Shown piece after piece: positions 13,909 to 28,539 of a DNA stretch of 64,000 bases; position 1 is the first letter of the stretch; each line of letters begins with the position of its first letter. The notes below the pieces were generated by a model. It made no database searches. It was not told where the DNA came from and saw only the letters and a program-made list of their open reading frames with translations. The DNA is taken from assembly GCA_951406725.2 (NCBI GenBank), contig OX597820.1, positions 38,440,001 through 38,504,000 on the forward strand. The letters are read 5' to 3'. Source of the stretch: Octopus vulgaris (lineage: Eukaryota). The translations under genes and the position numbers were made by a program.

Positions 13909-15617
13909 TACGACCGGATTTAAATATTTGGGTGAGGATATTTCAATTTTCGTGGGCCCATCATTCACAAGAATTAAAATTTTGGAAAACCATTAAATTT
14001 AAATGTCAAAACCCCTCTATTCCATGTAATTAAATTTAATGGGTTAGCAGAGAAAGGTTAAATAATTGAACTGAAAATGTCGCTCAATAGATACACTTTT
14101 CAAAATTCAAATTTCGTTTTTCACATATCCACTTGTGGTGTTTGACTTTTCTATCAATATGGAAAGTAGAATGAAAGTGGGAAGAGGAGATATGATTTTT
14201 TTAAAAAGTGAGTTACAAATATTTCAGAATAAAATGACGGAAAATTATGAAAAAGAAAAACAATCATTTCAGTGGTTGTTGCTGTTCCAAAGGCATGGTG
14301 AGTGTCTCTGTATGTGTGAGTATCTTTGTATGTGTGATTTAAACATTTGGGTGAGGATACTTCAATTTTTGTGGGCCCCCTCATTCACAAGAATTAAAAG
14401 TTTGGAAAACCATCAAATTTAAATTCCATGTAATTAAATTTAATGTGGAGATATCAACATTAAAAGTCAGGGATTTAAAAAATTCTTCTTTTATTGTTTT
14501 GCAATACGTGGAGAAAATGGGGAAATCCCGTCAAAAGCAGGAAAATTCAAACAGCTATTTCAAAATCTGCTTTTCCAGTTTCCATTAGGAGTAGGCGGGT
14601 CAAAATGACTAATATTTATTGCATTTTTGACTTTGAAGAAAAAAGGTTTTTTACAAATGTTCACTACCTTGCCAAAACTATATCGGGCTAAGCAAGTTAA
14701 AAATATAATGAGTAAGACAAAATTAGGTAAATTTGTCCCTTCAATTTTCCAGAATTACATTTGAAAAAAAAAATCATACACCTATACATCCATCCTTAGA
14801 GTAGACAGATCAGAAATGCAACAAAAACTAAAAATGAAAGAGGATCATAGAAAAATATCACATGATATGAAATTAACCAAACTCGAGTAACTCTAAAAAT
14901 TCAGCATAAAATATTTTCTATCGCTTCGTCACCAGCTGCTGGAGTGGCTCCCTTCTTGATATATTTTTGCACCATGCAGTTAAAGAGAAGACATTATTAA
15001 AATTAGTCATTACTCATTTTGCTCCAAATTAGACATTTTTGTTTTTAAACTTCAGGATTATCTAATTAGAAATCATTGTGGAAAAAATTTGATGTGGAAT
15101 ACAACAGAGAAAAGAATATTGATGGTTAAACAGTATAAAATCCTCATATATTTTATTACTTACCCTAATTAAAATCAAGTCAAAGTTGAGGAAAAATTTC
15201 TAGAAAAAATGTACCTGTCATGTATGTTTCAAATTTTCGCAATTTCAAGAATAACTACATAAAATATTTGCAATATTACAAAATAGGAATACAATACCTG
15301 CAATGTCATGTTTGAAAACTGGTAGGGAGAAAATAATAAGAAATCAGGAGTTACTCATCTTGCTCCAATGGCCAATTTTTCCCCACTTCCATATAATAAT
15401 TTCAAGTGTTTGACAGAATGACTTAAAATAGAAGAACAATAAAAAAGAAAAAAAATGGTTTGATTTAATGAAAAACATTTGAGCATATATACAATAATTC
15501 TAAATCAGAAAAAAATGCATCTAGCTGTTTAAGAGATGTAATATTGTTTAATGACTTGATTCATAAAAAAGACCAGTTTTCAAAACCCCATTGAAATAAT
15601 TAAGTTTAGAAGTGTAC

Positions 15618-15668
<51 letters not shown>

Positions 15669-16205
15669 TGTATGCGTGTGTGCGTGTGTGTATGTGTGTG
15701 TGCGTGTCTTTCTCCGTGTGTCTTTAACTGTGAGTGATCAAGCCAAAGCAATTGCTCAGTCATGCATTAAAAGAAGGAATGTCACCTATAGAAAATTTCT
15801 ATCAATCATATATATTTATACTTACACACGCACATGCACACACAGATACATACATACATTTTCAGGAGTGTTCTGTTGCTTCCCTTTTCTCTCTCGTTGT
15901 TCCAAAAGCAGCAACAATTCCCAAAGGAATTGCAGCTGGTTTGGAACTGAGTAGTTTTTTTAATTGGATTAATTGGTGTCTCTAAGTTGGCAAATTTTAT
16001 GGTTATTTATAATAAAAGAAAATCCATTACACTAGAAGTCAGGATACCTTTGTATATTGAAACAGAATCTCTGCATGCCTGATTACTGGGAGGTGAGGGC
16101 TCACTTATATTGAGTTCTACATACCCTTCATAGCATGGACCACCCCATATCTAGCGAGGAGCCTGAGGCAATTGTCCCGTTCGCCACCCTATGAATCCAG
16201 CCCTA
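13909..16205. mobile_element. Non-autonomous hAT-like DNA transposon
   Basis: 8-bp direct repeat CTCCTGAC at 13901-13908 and 16206-16213. Imperfect TIRs TACGACCGGATT and revcomp TAGGGCTGGATT. Internal ~100-bp subterminal duplication (about 13917-14003 and 14336-14424). No ORF. Confidence 0.7.
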
Positions 16206-18039
16206 CTCCTGACTACAATCATAGGTTCTTTTTGGAGTTCCTAGTCCTAGCCGCAATCCGGTATTCAACCACATTACAATTTTTATTCCACCTTGAAAAC
16301 ATCTGAAATTGCCTACAGATGGATACAATGTGTATGAATCGACAAGTATTACATGCAGACGGTTTTTTCCTATAATTATTTTACTTATGTGCGAAATGTT
16401 GTCTGTAAACATTGGACACAAAAACATGAAGAAAGAAATTATACGATATATATTTGATTTGTTGCATATAGATTTTAGCATAATTTAAGACAGTCTACAT
16501 AGCTATCAGAGGCACACATACATACATCAGGAAACTAAACAAGTTCATGTTAATGGTTGAACGACCTGATACCAATAGCAGCGAAGTCGTTTTCATATCA
16601 CAATTTACTACCTAGAAAAGAGATTGTTTGAATATTGTGTTTAGAAATGAACTGCTTGGAAAACCTAGAGGTTATGGTTTGAATACTTTTGATCAGAGTT
16701 CTCCTCAATAAGAATGATTTGGACTTAAAGAATATCCTCTACGACAACAACCACAGCTACAGCAGAGAGTGGGCTGACAGAAGGAGAAAAGTGGAGAGGG
16801 TACTTACTTGTAATCTCTGTTTCATCAAGCTCAAATCTAATTACTTCAGGTGTGTCGGAAATCAATCGAATCACCCCAATGATGTTACTGCTATTTATCT
16901 TAACTAATTCAATAGCGTTAAAAGCTAATGTCTGAAATAAACTAAATACTAGAAGTAGAAAAACGACGAGTTGCTACATCAGACATCTTCTAGTTGTTAG
17001 ATTATTATAATGCGCCGGTGTTTATTAATTACTCTAGCTGTAGACAGGCAAGGTGAGGGTTAATCCTTGTCAAAATTACTGATATCTCGAACAAATTCAT
17101 TAGTAATTCCGAACAGGACACGTAGCATTCACTTGTAATGTTACAAGGCGTGGTGAATTAATCAATAAGCATTAATTGAATCCTTTTCAAATATAGGAAT
17201 GGTTAAAATCAATTAGAATAATGACAGGAAATAACAGAAATGTTCATTTATTAATGTTTATGGTTAAACTCACAGAATGCCATTGGTGTATGGGTAGACT
17301 AGAATAATCTAGCAGCAGACAAAATCTACACAGGCACAGACAGACACACACACAAACACATTCATATCCGTAGACATCACCACTTTCTTTTAGCCACCTC
17401 CTCATGCTCGCCATCATCACCACCGTCATCATCATCGTTATTTTCATTTTCATCATCGTTTTCATCCTACTCTTCGTCGTCGTCATCATCATACTCATCG
17501 TCGTCGTCGTTGTCCGCCTCCTCCTCATCATCCTCCATCAACATCAAATTAACTTCCACACACCCTTCCCACAAACATACACAAACGCGCGCGCACGCAG
17601 GCACACATACTTATTTAGGTTCTGTATTAACATCTCTGATTGTAGTTCCAAAGAAATATCCCGAAACCTCAGCTTCACTATGTATTTGTTCCACGCTTAC
17701 TCTCCAGATCTTCGTAAATTTGAGATATAGAAGTCATTGAAACGATGTGAGCCTTTCCCTTATTCTTAAATTTAAAAACGGAAAACGAAACATTTTCATC
17801 GTATAATGTTTGCAAACATAAATTCCTCCCCTTCGTAATGGCTTCTTCAGATGTTGGCGTTTCAACGAAAAAACAAAACCACAACGCATGAAATTCCCAA
17901 ATAGAATTACTGTATGTCAGTGGGGGCTTTATTTCATAAACGATTAAAAAATAGATTGTATATAATTCTACGTAAGTGCGTATCCATGTGTGTACGTAAG
18001 TAAGTATAGCTTTTATCATTTATCCATAACTTGTTTCAG

Positions 18040-18215
18040 TCTTTAGACAGCGGCCATACAATATGGCACGGCCTTCAGGTGGCTTAGTCGAAACGAACTG
18101 AACCCAGTACTAATTTTAAAGCCTATTCTATTGATCTCTTCTGCCAAACCGCCATCGTCTAGGGACGTAGGTACATCAACAGTTGTCGTCAAGAGGTGGT
18201 GGGAAAGAAACACAG
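18040..18215. mobile_element. Decayed interspersed SINE-like repeat (related fragments at about 20040-20180, inverted, and 46410-46500)
   Basis: Shared motifs GCGGCCAT.. and TTAGTCGAA..CAGTACT between copies; flanked by dinucleotide repeats. Confidence 0.5.
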
Positions 18216-18228
18216 GCCATAGGCATAG

Positions 18229-18272
<44 letters not shown>

Positions 18273-20211
18273 TATGAATATGTATATAATATATATGTAT
18301 ATATGTATACACATATATATATATTTACCTATACATATATATGTATATGTATGTATACATATATGTATATGTATATTCAATATATATATATATAGAGAGA
18401 GAGATGGATGTATAGATAAATGCACAATCGAATCGGGCAGATATACAAATAGATAGATAGATAAGTATATAGATAGACAGACAGGCAGATAGTCAGAGAG
18501 AAAGACAGACAGACAGACATATAGATAGATAAATAGATAGATAGAGAGATAGATAGATAGATAGACCAACAGAGAGATGATGCCGCAGGATTAATCGTCC
18601 AAATATCATTACAATTTCAACACCGTATCACGATATTGCTTAATCTGGCATTGACAGAATGCAAAATACTTAGATGAAGACAGGAGGACACGATTCACAA
18701 AGCAAGAAGCGAAATTAAGGAAATGCTATGACAGAATATGTAGTTGGCGGGGACTGGGTTTTCAATGGGAATGAGGACAGATATCACACCGAGCACAGCA
18801 ACATATATACCTAAAAATATATGTCTTTCGATTTGGCATTGAAATTAAGACCCACTGTTGAAAGTAGCGATTGTACGAATGATGATGTTCTCTTTGGCCC
18901 TGAGGTGAATATTACTAGTTTAAATTAGAACTGAAAAAGAACAGACTGGCGAGTACAATTATCAGTTCAAAATAATAATTGGCAAGGAAACCACCAAGTG
19001 AAAGCCTTGTGGAAGAGAACAGTGTATAAGAGTAGCAAGGCTTCAAAGAAAGAGGGACACAACGGGTGATATCAGAAATATTCAAAATAGTGAAGAAGGA
19101 TAGATAGACAGATATAAAGATTTATAGATTAGTAGATAGATAAAGATGTAGATAAATAGACAGAAAGACAAATGGTCGCACGATAAAGCAACATTGGTGC
19201 ACAAAACGTGCTCGATGATTTACAATAGATGATATTCAAAAAAGTTCATATACAGGGACATCGAAAAAGAGAAAACGTATAAACAAACACAAATGTTCTT
19301 TAGATCATCAGTTGTCGAGCGAATATATACAGACCTTTCGACAATGTGGTTCAGTTTGGTGCTACCATAAATTATGGTATAGTATGGAATACGATAGATG
19401 TCAAAAACGGTGGAAGAAAAAAATCTGAAAACCGAACTATAAATATAGTCATTTAAGGAAGAAAACAGAAAAGATAATAAACAGATGAATATATGTACTG
19501 AGAAATAGTTTCGACTTGTCGACGTAATAAAGACAAACTGAGATAAGTAACACTTAGATGATGGTACATTATTTTGGCTACAAGAAAACAGTGCAAAAGT
19601 TTCAGAGTTTACACAAGAAAGTCACCGACCAGATCAACGGCATTAAAGAAAAGAGAATGAGTTGTATGAAAAATATTATAATGGTAGAATTCAATGTATG
19701 GTTCTATATGAAAACTGTCACGTACTGATTTGAAAGGTGACTCATTTGTGCAAGGAAAACTAAGGCAATTTAGGATATTTGCTACGTAGCGTTCATCGCT
19801 GTGTATTTACGACTGTATGCAGCACCAGCAGAATACTTCGAAGCAAGTGTTAACATTTCGTGTTCAAAAATCGTATATACTTACACACACACACACACAC
19901 ACTCATACACGTATATGTATATGTGGATACACACGCAACTACACGCATATACACACAAATACGTATGTGTATATGTGTGTATGTGTGTGTTTGTGTGTGT
20001 CGGTGTGGGTATGAGTGTGTGTGTGTGTGTGTGTGTTTGAGAGAGAGTGAGTGAGTGTGTTTGCGTTTGTACCGCACGACGTAGGTTTTCTACGACCCGT
20101 AGTATTCTTATGGCAAAATAGACTGCTAAAAGAGGCTTAGAACAAAAGTACTGGCGTTCGATTTGTTCGACTAACACACACAAAAACGCATACACGCACA
20201 CATACACACAC

Positions 20212-20261
<50 letters not shown>

Positions 20262-20264
<3 letters not shown>

Positions 20265-20560
20265 TAAGAGGTGCATTTCAGAAGGTTTGGGACATTTTAT
20301 GGAAAGACATTTATTAATTTCAAAGAAGTACAAAACTAAATTCTTCAAAGCAGGATCATCTGACTTTAATAGATTTGTTGTAGAGCTCAAGCCACTTCGT
20401 GAAACACCATGGAAATCCTCCAGAATGTAGGTGTTCATCTTCTGAATCTCCTGAAAACGACTGCTCCTGAGTTTCTCCATCACTTTGAGGGACAACCAAA
20501 CATCACATAGAGCAAGGCCTAGACTCTAAGGTTGGTGCGGGACAGTTTTGATACTCATTT
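20262..20560 (-). mobile_element. mariner transposase C-terminal relic
   Basis: LKVMEKLRSSRFQEIQKM..LEDFHG resembles the mariner C-terminus; ends at a TA microsatellite. Confidence 0.6.
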
Positions 20561-22169
20561 CTGTGCAGTAGTTAGTTAACAGGATGGAAATGTGAGCCTC
20601 TTTATGCCTGATTGCTGAAAGTTGTGTATGTGTGTGTGTGTATGTGTGTGTGTGTGTGTATGTGTGTGTGTGTGTATGTGTGTGCTTGTGTGTGTGAGTG
20701 TGTGGAGCTACCTGTATAGAGTGCAACATACCCTTCGTGGAAGGGTACAGCCACTAGTATCAGGTGAGGGCTTGGGGCAATTGCTCCCTTTATGTGATAA
20801 GCAATGCTTTGTACGGAATTTAGTAATATTGATCATTCCATACTCCACAAAATGAGTGGAGTCTTTCAAGATTTCAAGATTTCACTTGATAAATATCACA
20901 TTTCCTGCAGTGGATGAGAGATTAAAAATAAACAAAAATATCAAAAGTAGAAAATGTTAACTAATTTTGAAATGTATATTTGAATGTAGGATGGAATTAT
21001 GAAGCCTCTCTGTTCGGATATAATCATATCGCTGCCGAAATGTCGGTCAGATTAGTATGGAACGGAGTCAATGGGGTCAATATGTTTATATGTTTCTGAA
21101 TCATACTAATCAGGTTTTCTTTATTAAAGAAATTGTATGTGATTTTCCCCGACTAATAAATATTCGTTAATTTAATATACAAATCGCCATTGACTGTCTA
21201 AATTTATAATCGATTTCTAACCACGAACGCGAAAATTATTCGGTAAGACAAAAACGTCTTTTAATCTTTTGGTAGCATTCTTAGCGGAACATTGATTCCA
21301 ATTCTCTTATAGAAGTGAAATAACCCACTCTTCATTTCATGACCAAACTAGACAATTATCGTAGCCTTTGGAGATATGGTACATTAATATTCCACGCATT
21401 TCCTGTCGCTTTTTCACATTCTTCCAGAACTGCGCGTGATAGACATTAATGATGTTATTGTTCCTCTCCTGAGTTATTTGATAAAGAGGAAATGAAAAAC
21501 AACAAAAATGTAACCAATGAAAGAACCAGGAAATAAGAGTAAAAATCAATTATATGCGTAACAACTTTATTGAATCAAAAGGTGTAGAGTCACGAATAAT
21601 CTGCTGCGACGTATTGCTGTCAAATTGCATTGGCACTATAGTTTTTGTGGGGAAAACTTCAACGAAATGTTATAAGCTAAGGAATTATTAGACAAACACT
21701 ACCACTGGCGGTATTTAAAAACATAAAGACAATATGCAAGCGTAATAACTCCAAGCGATCAGTGGATCGAGATTTTTAGACAATATAGGGAAATAGAATA
21801 TACAGTTGGGCTCATTTTAAATTCAACTATGCGACAAAACATATATATATTCATCTTATTTGGCTTTCTCAATAAAGCATTTTCGTCTCGGTAAGTTATA
21901 AAAGAGGCCAATTTACGCATTTAACCTTACGAAAATACATACACACACGCGCATATATATGAATACACGTACAACCGTTTACACACACACACACACACAT
22001 ATGTATAAGTAAATCTACTACTATTTTCCTTTTCTGAGCGTCTTAGTAATATATTGCTTGTGTTACGTCCACAAGTGCGCTTGTTTTTTATTTGATGCAT
22101 AGAGCAATGGAAGAATGTTATTTTATCGGAATATTATTTTCCCTAGAGCAGTGGAAGATTGATATTTTT

Positions 22170-22727
22170 CTTTATCTTATTTCCGACTACCGGCCGAGTA
22201 TAAATGTGGAGACAGCCAAAAGAAGAATTTGACCCAGACTGCCTTCTTCCAACTGTTAAACATGGGGGAGGATCTGTGATGATCTGGGGGGAGGGCTATA
22301 TCTTGGAAATTCCTCGGCCAAATGGTTTCCTTTCATGACAGAATTAATAGTCAAGACGATTTAAGCATTTTCTTTGATCAAATTCAAGCTCTCAGGGTGA
22401 TAATGCACCAATTCACACAGCTAAAGTTCTTACTGAATGGCTCGAGGAACATTCCAGTGAAGCTGAACATCTTATCTGGCCACCAGATCTCAATATTATT
22501 GAAAATTTATGGGGCATTTTCGAAAAACAGGTAAGGAGTGAATATCCACCACAATCATCACTACAAAAACTGGAAAGTATTTTATTTGAAGAATGGACAA
22601 AAATCCGCTGGAAACAATTCAAACTCGTAGAATTCAAGCTGTAATTCCTGCCAAAGAGGTCCTACCCCATGTTAAATAAATTTGTTTGAAATTTTAAGGT
22701 GCTTCAATTATCTTGTCCAACCCTGTA
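22170..22727 (+). mobile_element. Tc1-family transposase relic with right end
   Basis: LLPTVKHGGGSVMIWG...DNAPIHTAK...WPPDLNIIENLWG..LFEEWTKI across frameshifts; ends ...GTCCAACCCTG-TA. Confidence 0.85.
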
Positions 22728-22748
22728 CATACATACATATATGTATAC

Positions 22749-22813
<65 letters not shown>

Positions 22814-22817
<4 letters not shown>

Positions 22818-23366
22818 GTTGTCCGGAAAGTTCGTGATGATTTTTAAAGGAAAGAAAAAATTCAATAAATACTTGCCATTACATTTTTAATCAACCAATA
22901 TGAATCATTTTGTTGCACAATTCTTCTCCATCTTTCCTTTAACTTGAAAATACCCTCTTCCCAGAATTGAGGTGGTTTCATGGCAAAGAATTCATAAAGG
23001 TATCTTTTTACGTCATCCAAGGAGTTGAAATTTTTACCATTAAAACTACTCAGAGGCGACCTGAATAAGTGGAAATCCGAAGGGGCAATATGTGGTGAAT
23101 ATGGGGGGGGGGGTAACACATCCCAGCCGAGCTGCATCAATTTTTGTCTGGTTCCCAAAGCATCAAGTGCCGAAAATGAACTTTCTTATCTTCCATTTTA
23201 AAGGGTTACAGAATTAACACAGGTTATAGGAACTAAAACCTTCTTCCACGAAAATATAGCTTAAACTGTGTTCTAAAGAGATGTGTAGTCAAATCCTATT
23301 TTATGGATTCAACCATGTTCTAATTTAATCTACTATAATTCGGCACGAACTTTCCGGAAAACCCAA
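22814..23366 (-). mobile_element. Internally deleted mariner with both TIRs and TA target site
   Basis: TIRs TTGGGTTGTCCGGAAAGTTCGTG and CACGAACTTTCCGGAAAACCCAA, with TA on both sides. PPYSPHIAPSDFHLFRS motif. N-terminal MEDKKVHFRHLML joined directly to the C-terminal third. Confidence 0.93.
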
Positions 23367-23384
23367 TATATATATATATATATT

Positions 23385-23945
23385 GATGTAATGCTTGCAT
23401 TGATCGATTAAGTGGAGCCGCTTTAATAACGGACTGAGTTGGTGCCTCAACGTACAAACTTAGTTAAGACTTAGATATGTTTCGACCAAAGATTGGTCCA
23501 GGCCATGTCTAACTTAATAGCACCGCCTGATAGGATTATTCGAATCCTGTTTAAGTCAAGTTTTGTTTATGGTCCATTCAATTAGTGAGTTCTTGTTGGG
23601 TGAGTTGTATCCAATTATAGGTGGCTTATCTGGTATTCTTTGAAGGAATCTATCCAGACTCCGTTTAAAGTTGATGGGATCCTTTTCCTCTTTGATCTCC
23701 CTCGGGACAATGTTAAATAGGGCAGGACCTGTTGATGAAAAGAAATTATGTTGCAGTGTACATGTATGCTGTGATGTTGAATTGAGCAGGGGACGTATGG
23801 CCCGTGGTCCCAGTCTTGGATGAACCTTGAAGCTAATGTTAAGGTCGTTTGGGCAAAGTTGGCGGTATATTCTCCACATCGTACAAGTGATGTACCGCTC
23901 ACGGCGACTCTGGGGAGAGCAAAGTTTCAAGGCTTTAAGTATCTA
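23385..23945 (-). mobile_element. 5'-truncated CR1-clade LINE 3' end
   Basis: LKLCSPQSRRERY...HPRLG...GPALFNIVPREIK..FKRSLDRFLQRIPDKP* (stop at 23556). Confidence 0.85.
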
Positions 23946-24320
23946 ATTCAACTTAATTATATATACATATATATCTATATATATATACATATATGTGTGT
24001 GTGTGTGTGTGTGTATGTGTGTGTGTGTGTGTGTTTATGGTATGTGTGTATAATTGTGTGCATGTGCGTGTGTGCGTGTGTGTGTGTTTTGATTTATGCT
24101 TCCTTTTTAACAGCACGTATGTTTCAAAAAGTGTTAACGGAAGCGTTCAGACACAAAAAATCTTCTTTCGCAAAAAGGTTAATAACATCCTCATAAATGA
24201 TAAATGATTCCATAACACATTTTGGAAACATTGTTTTTTTAAAATATCAACTTTACACTTCAAAATCCATCTTAAGTAATCTTCATAGACTTTAATATAT
24301 ACATATATACACATACAGTA

Positions 24321-24745
24321 CAGTGTAAAATTTTTCGGCCAGTCTAAACTATTGTTAATTTCTACTAATTACCAACTTATAAGTAGATGTTTCGCTTTGC
24401 GTTTTTTACAAATGCAACATTGGCCCTGTTGGAATCATTTCCATGCCTAATCATTATATTTTGTCTTAGGGGTTTTGAATGGCCGTTCAAAAGTTATCGG
24501 TCACCACACATAAGCCAATCAATATACGGTATATTAAAACGGGAAAATGTCGATAATGTAATTTTATTACATCACGTTCATTTCAAGAAGTTACTGTGCA
24601 TTGTTAATATTTCGTGTGGCTTCCCTTAGTTTGAATAATTAGTTCAATGTGCCTGGGAATAGAGGCATACAAATCCTTCACCATCTTCACAGGTATGAGA
24701 CACCATTCTTTGTGGCTGAGCTCCCACAACTTTCCAACATTGTGA
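24321..24745 (-). mobile_element. Tc1-like transposase 3' end relic
   Basis: EWCLIP..VKDLYASIPRHIELIIQTKGSHTKY* matches the Tc1 C-terminal 'SMPRR..VI..KG..TKY' pattern; ends in CAGT-TA-like termini. Confidence 0.65.
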
Positions 24746-25444
24746 ACGGCATACACTGAACATACACATCCGGTGTATTTGCTAGTAGGCTACCTATAAC
24801 TTGGTGGAGTATACTCTTTCAAATGCCGGGTAGTAAAACACCTGAAACTCATGGACAGCCGAGATAACTCACTTCTAATCACATCTAGGTGTGATGGACA
24901 TCGATACGTCTTTATTTTTGTGGTTTATCAACATTACGTACCCGAACAGTATTGGAAATGAATCAAATAGCCAGTCCATGACCTATATGCATATAGTGCA
25001 GGCATGCACAGCGCGTTACTGATTTGTGGATTTATACCGAACTGCTCCTATCCCCAACGATATGGCTTCGGTTGTTAGCTGAATATATCATGAATATTGA
25101 ATTGTGACATAAACGTATTTACGTACATCTCGAGGAAGGATTGGTACATAAAAGAAGGAAGTTGGTGACAGGTGATAATGGCTTGGATTTATTGTGACCC
25201 GAAGTGGAAAAGATACTTGAGTTTGGTGTGTGAGTGTAATTTAAGGTTTACGTAGAGTCTCTTTTTGTCAATTCATTCTTTTAGTCACTTCTTGTTCCAC
25301 ACTGTTTAAGCTATTTATTAATGTTTTCATTTTTATTTTGTATTTCGTGTTTCACTTTAATTCTTCTATAGGTCAGAAACATATTTGTTGCTTTCCTTTT
25401 TTCTCTTTCACCGTCATAAAAATAACGATTTCCTTCTCCTTCAC

Positions 25445-25580
25445 AGCCGCGTCAACGTCATCTTCGTCGTCGTCCTCCTCCTCTCCTCCTCGTCCTGGTC
25501 CTCTCCCTCGTCCTCGTCCTCGTCCTCCTCGTCCTCCTCGTCCTCCTCCTCCGCATCATCATCATCATCATCATCATCAC
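25445..25580. repeat. Compound (TCG/TCC/CAT)n trinucleotide repeat
   Basis: Directly visible. Confidence 0.9.
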
Positions 25581-25839
25581 ATTCTTGCTTTTGTTCTTGT
25601 TCTTCCTTGATTTTAGTTATCATTGGTGTTGTAGTTATTGTTCTCATAATTGTAATTATTCTCGTATCGGTACTTTTCGTCATTTTCCTAATTCCTCTAC
25701 CGACTGTTGTTGCTACCAGTATCCTCATATATTGCATCCCTTGTGTAGGACGTTTGTACTCATATTTAAACGCAGACACATGTATACACAGAAAAATAGA
25801 CATAGAAATATTGACACGCTTAACATATACATACATACA

Positions 25840-25873
<34 letters not shown>

Positions 25874-25881
25874 CATACGTA

Positions 25882-25917
<36 letters not shown>

Positions 25918-26678
25918 CGTGCGCATGTCTGTGTAAATATGGAACATAATGATAATATGTAAGACTAACATATTCATAAATACCCTCATTGAACAATTGA
26001 TGTGGTCATCTATCGTAATGTACTTAAGACGAATACCTCCGATTTCAGTCCACACACTCTTTTTGGGTCTCGTTCCACTTTGATCATTTTTTTCTCGTAT
26101 CCATAAGCTTGCTTTGTACTATTCACCAGTAAAAGTTAATTAGTATGTAGCTCTCTCATCAACTGTAGCATTCATTTATTTCAAATAAAGCATACTGAAA
26201 CTCGAAAACAACAATAACAAGTAGATTATTATCAAAAATGTTAATAGGAGACACTATGGCTAACGAAACAAAAACTACGCACTTCAATTGGTTTTAATTA
26301 GGAATTTTGCCTGAAAAAGAAATAAACAAAGAAACTCTTTTGAAGACGAAAATCTGTCCGTACATTGTGTCCCGCTTTGTTTATTATCTCTAAAATAAAA
26401 AATTAAGGAGAATAAACATTTTAATGGTCTGTGTCGATTTCTTCTTCTTTTAATCAAGATAAAACACGGGAGAATAAAAATTAATGAAGGATCAAAATAG
26501 GAAATGTAACTATGTATATATGTATATACATCTGCATACACACACATATATAGAGCCAAAAATATATAACACAAGAGGAGTTAAAAATACTCTATCAGTG
26601 TAATGGGATTATGGTATATGTCTGTTTATATATACATATACATATACATATATTTTTATATATATATATATATATATC

Positions 26679-26731
<53 letters not shown>

Positions 26732-26894
26732 TGAGAGGGGGAGAGAGAGAAAGAGAGAGAGCGCGAAAGAATATGAGGTAGTCAAAATTTTGAGTGATTA
26801 TGTATATAGCGGTTTCTTCTTTCAACTGTTTTGAGAAATATATCTCAAAAGAGATCGAAGCGCTAGATAAAATGATTATAGAAAATCCTAACTA

Positions 26895-26937
<43 letters not shown>

Positions 26938-27249
26938 TTTGTGCGCGCGTTTGTGTGTGTATGATATTCATGAAGTTTTCTGTGGTAAAACTTTAATGAG
27001 ATTTGTTGTCTAAGGCCTGATCAGAGCAATAAAAACATAGCAAAATATTAAAAGAAAATGTGAAAACAAAAGGTGCAGTTTTATTTTCTGTCTCAATAAT
27101 TTGTGGGTATGATATCTTTCTTCTAGCTTTTGTAGTCACTTTGTAACTTTTCGCGTTGTTCCTGCCTTATACAACAAATCTCTTTAATATACATATATAT
27201 ATATGTGTGTGTGGGTGTGTGGGTATGTGTGTGTGTGTGTGTGTGTGTT

Positions 27250-27284
<35 letters not shown>

Positions 27285-27601
27285 ACGAGGGCTACTATGA
27301 AGAGCAGTGGTCCCACGACAGTGCTCTGTGGAACACGGCTCACTATATTATATATAACGCCTAACAGAACTAAGAGAATTTTTGCTCAAACAAAAATACT
27401 TATAGAAAATGGCATACAGCGAGCTATAAAAATACCCATACAACAACTTAGGACAACCCAAGGAAGAGGAAAACAAGAACAAGTCATACCATTCATAGTG
27501 ACACACAACCCATGTCACCAGAATATCTTCAACATTGCCAAAGCAATCCTACAAATCATTGCTCAAAGTAATGAATTAAAAGATATAATCACGATCGAGC
27601 T

Positions 27602-28072
27602 ATGGTTCTTAGTAAAAGAAAGCCTAAAAACTTGAAAAAATTACTAACAAAGGCACAATTTGACCTTAGCAACAAAGACCAAACATTCACTGTATCTAAA
27701 TGCAATGATAGCCGATGTGGCACATGCCAATTCATACATACCGGCCAATATATAAACACAAAAACCGGGAAAATATTCACAAACGCGAATATGAACTGCA
27801 AAAGCAGAAAGTTAATTTACTGCATCAAATGCCCAAATTGTGAAGAAATTTCAGACGGGAAATGTGTATCAGAACGCTCACGTGTACACCGACAACAGAT
27901 TAGAGACCCAGAGGTCCGTCATATACCTTTGAGTAACCACCTAGCAACATGTGGTCGGAAAATATATATAATATTTCTATTCTACAAATTACACAGCCCA
28001 AGTGAAATCGAGAGGAAAATCAGAGAAAATAATTTTATTGATAAATTCGAACCCAAGCTAAATAAGCAATAA
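27602..28072 (+). pseudogene. Penelope-type GIY-YIG endonuclease domain (degenerate)
   Basis: CxxxxCxxC linker, LIYCIKC motif and C-terminal E...LN motif present; YIG missing. Confidence 0.8.
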
Positions 28073-28539
28073 TAATAATACTTAGATGTACTACTTCTAC
28101 TGCTACGACCATGACCACAAACAACAACAACAATACTAAAGGTGATCAAGATGAAGATAGCAGGAAAATTATCTTATTTAGGGTTAAAAGTTTTATTGCC
28201 ACCACCATCACTACTAGCAACAATAATTACGGTTCTGACAATGATGATGATAACAATTGAAATATAAAAATCCCTGACAAAGGCTATTTACAACATTTCT
28301 AAAAATAGCCCAACAATTGCTGCCTCGGCCAGGGTTAAGATCAGGACTCTTGACATGTTCAACAAAGCGTGACGCCTAAAGCAATCAGCTTAAGTAATTG
28401 AGTGATGCTACACACTGGTTGGTCAGAATACAGTTTCAAAACCTAGCAATCTGGAGCCTACACAGGTGTATTTAAGGCACATATTTAACTATCTCGCTAC
28501 AGTCAAAAATTGTGAAACATGACTGTCACCAATACTACA

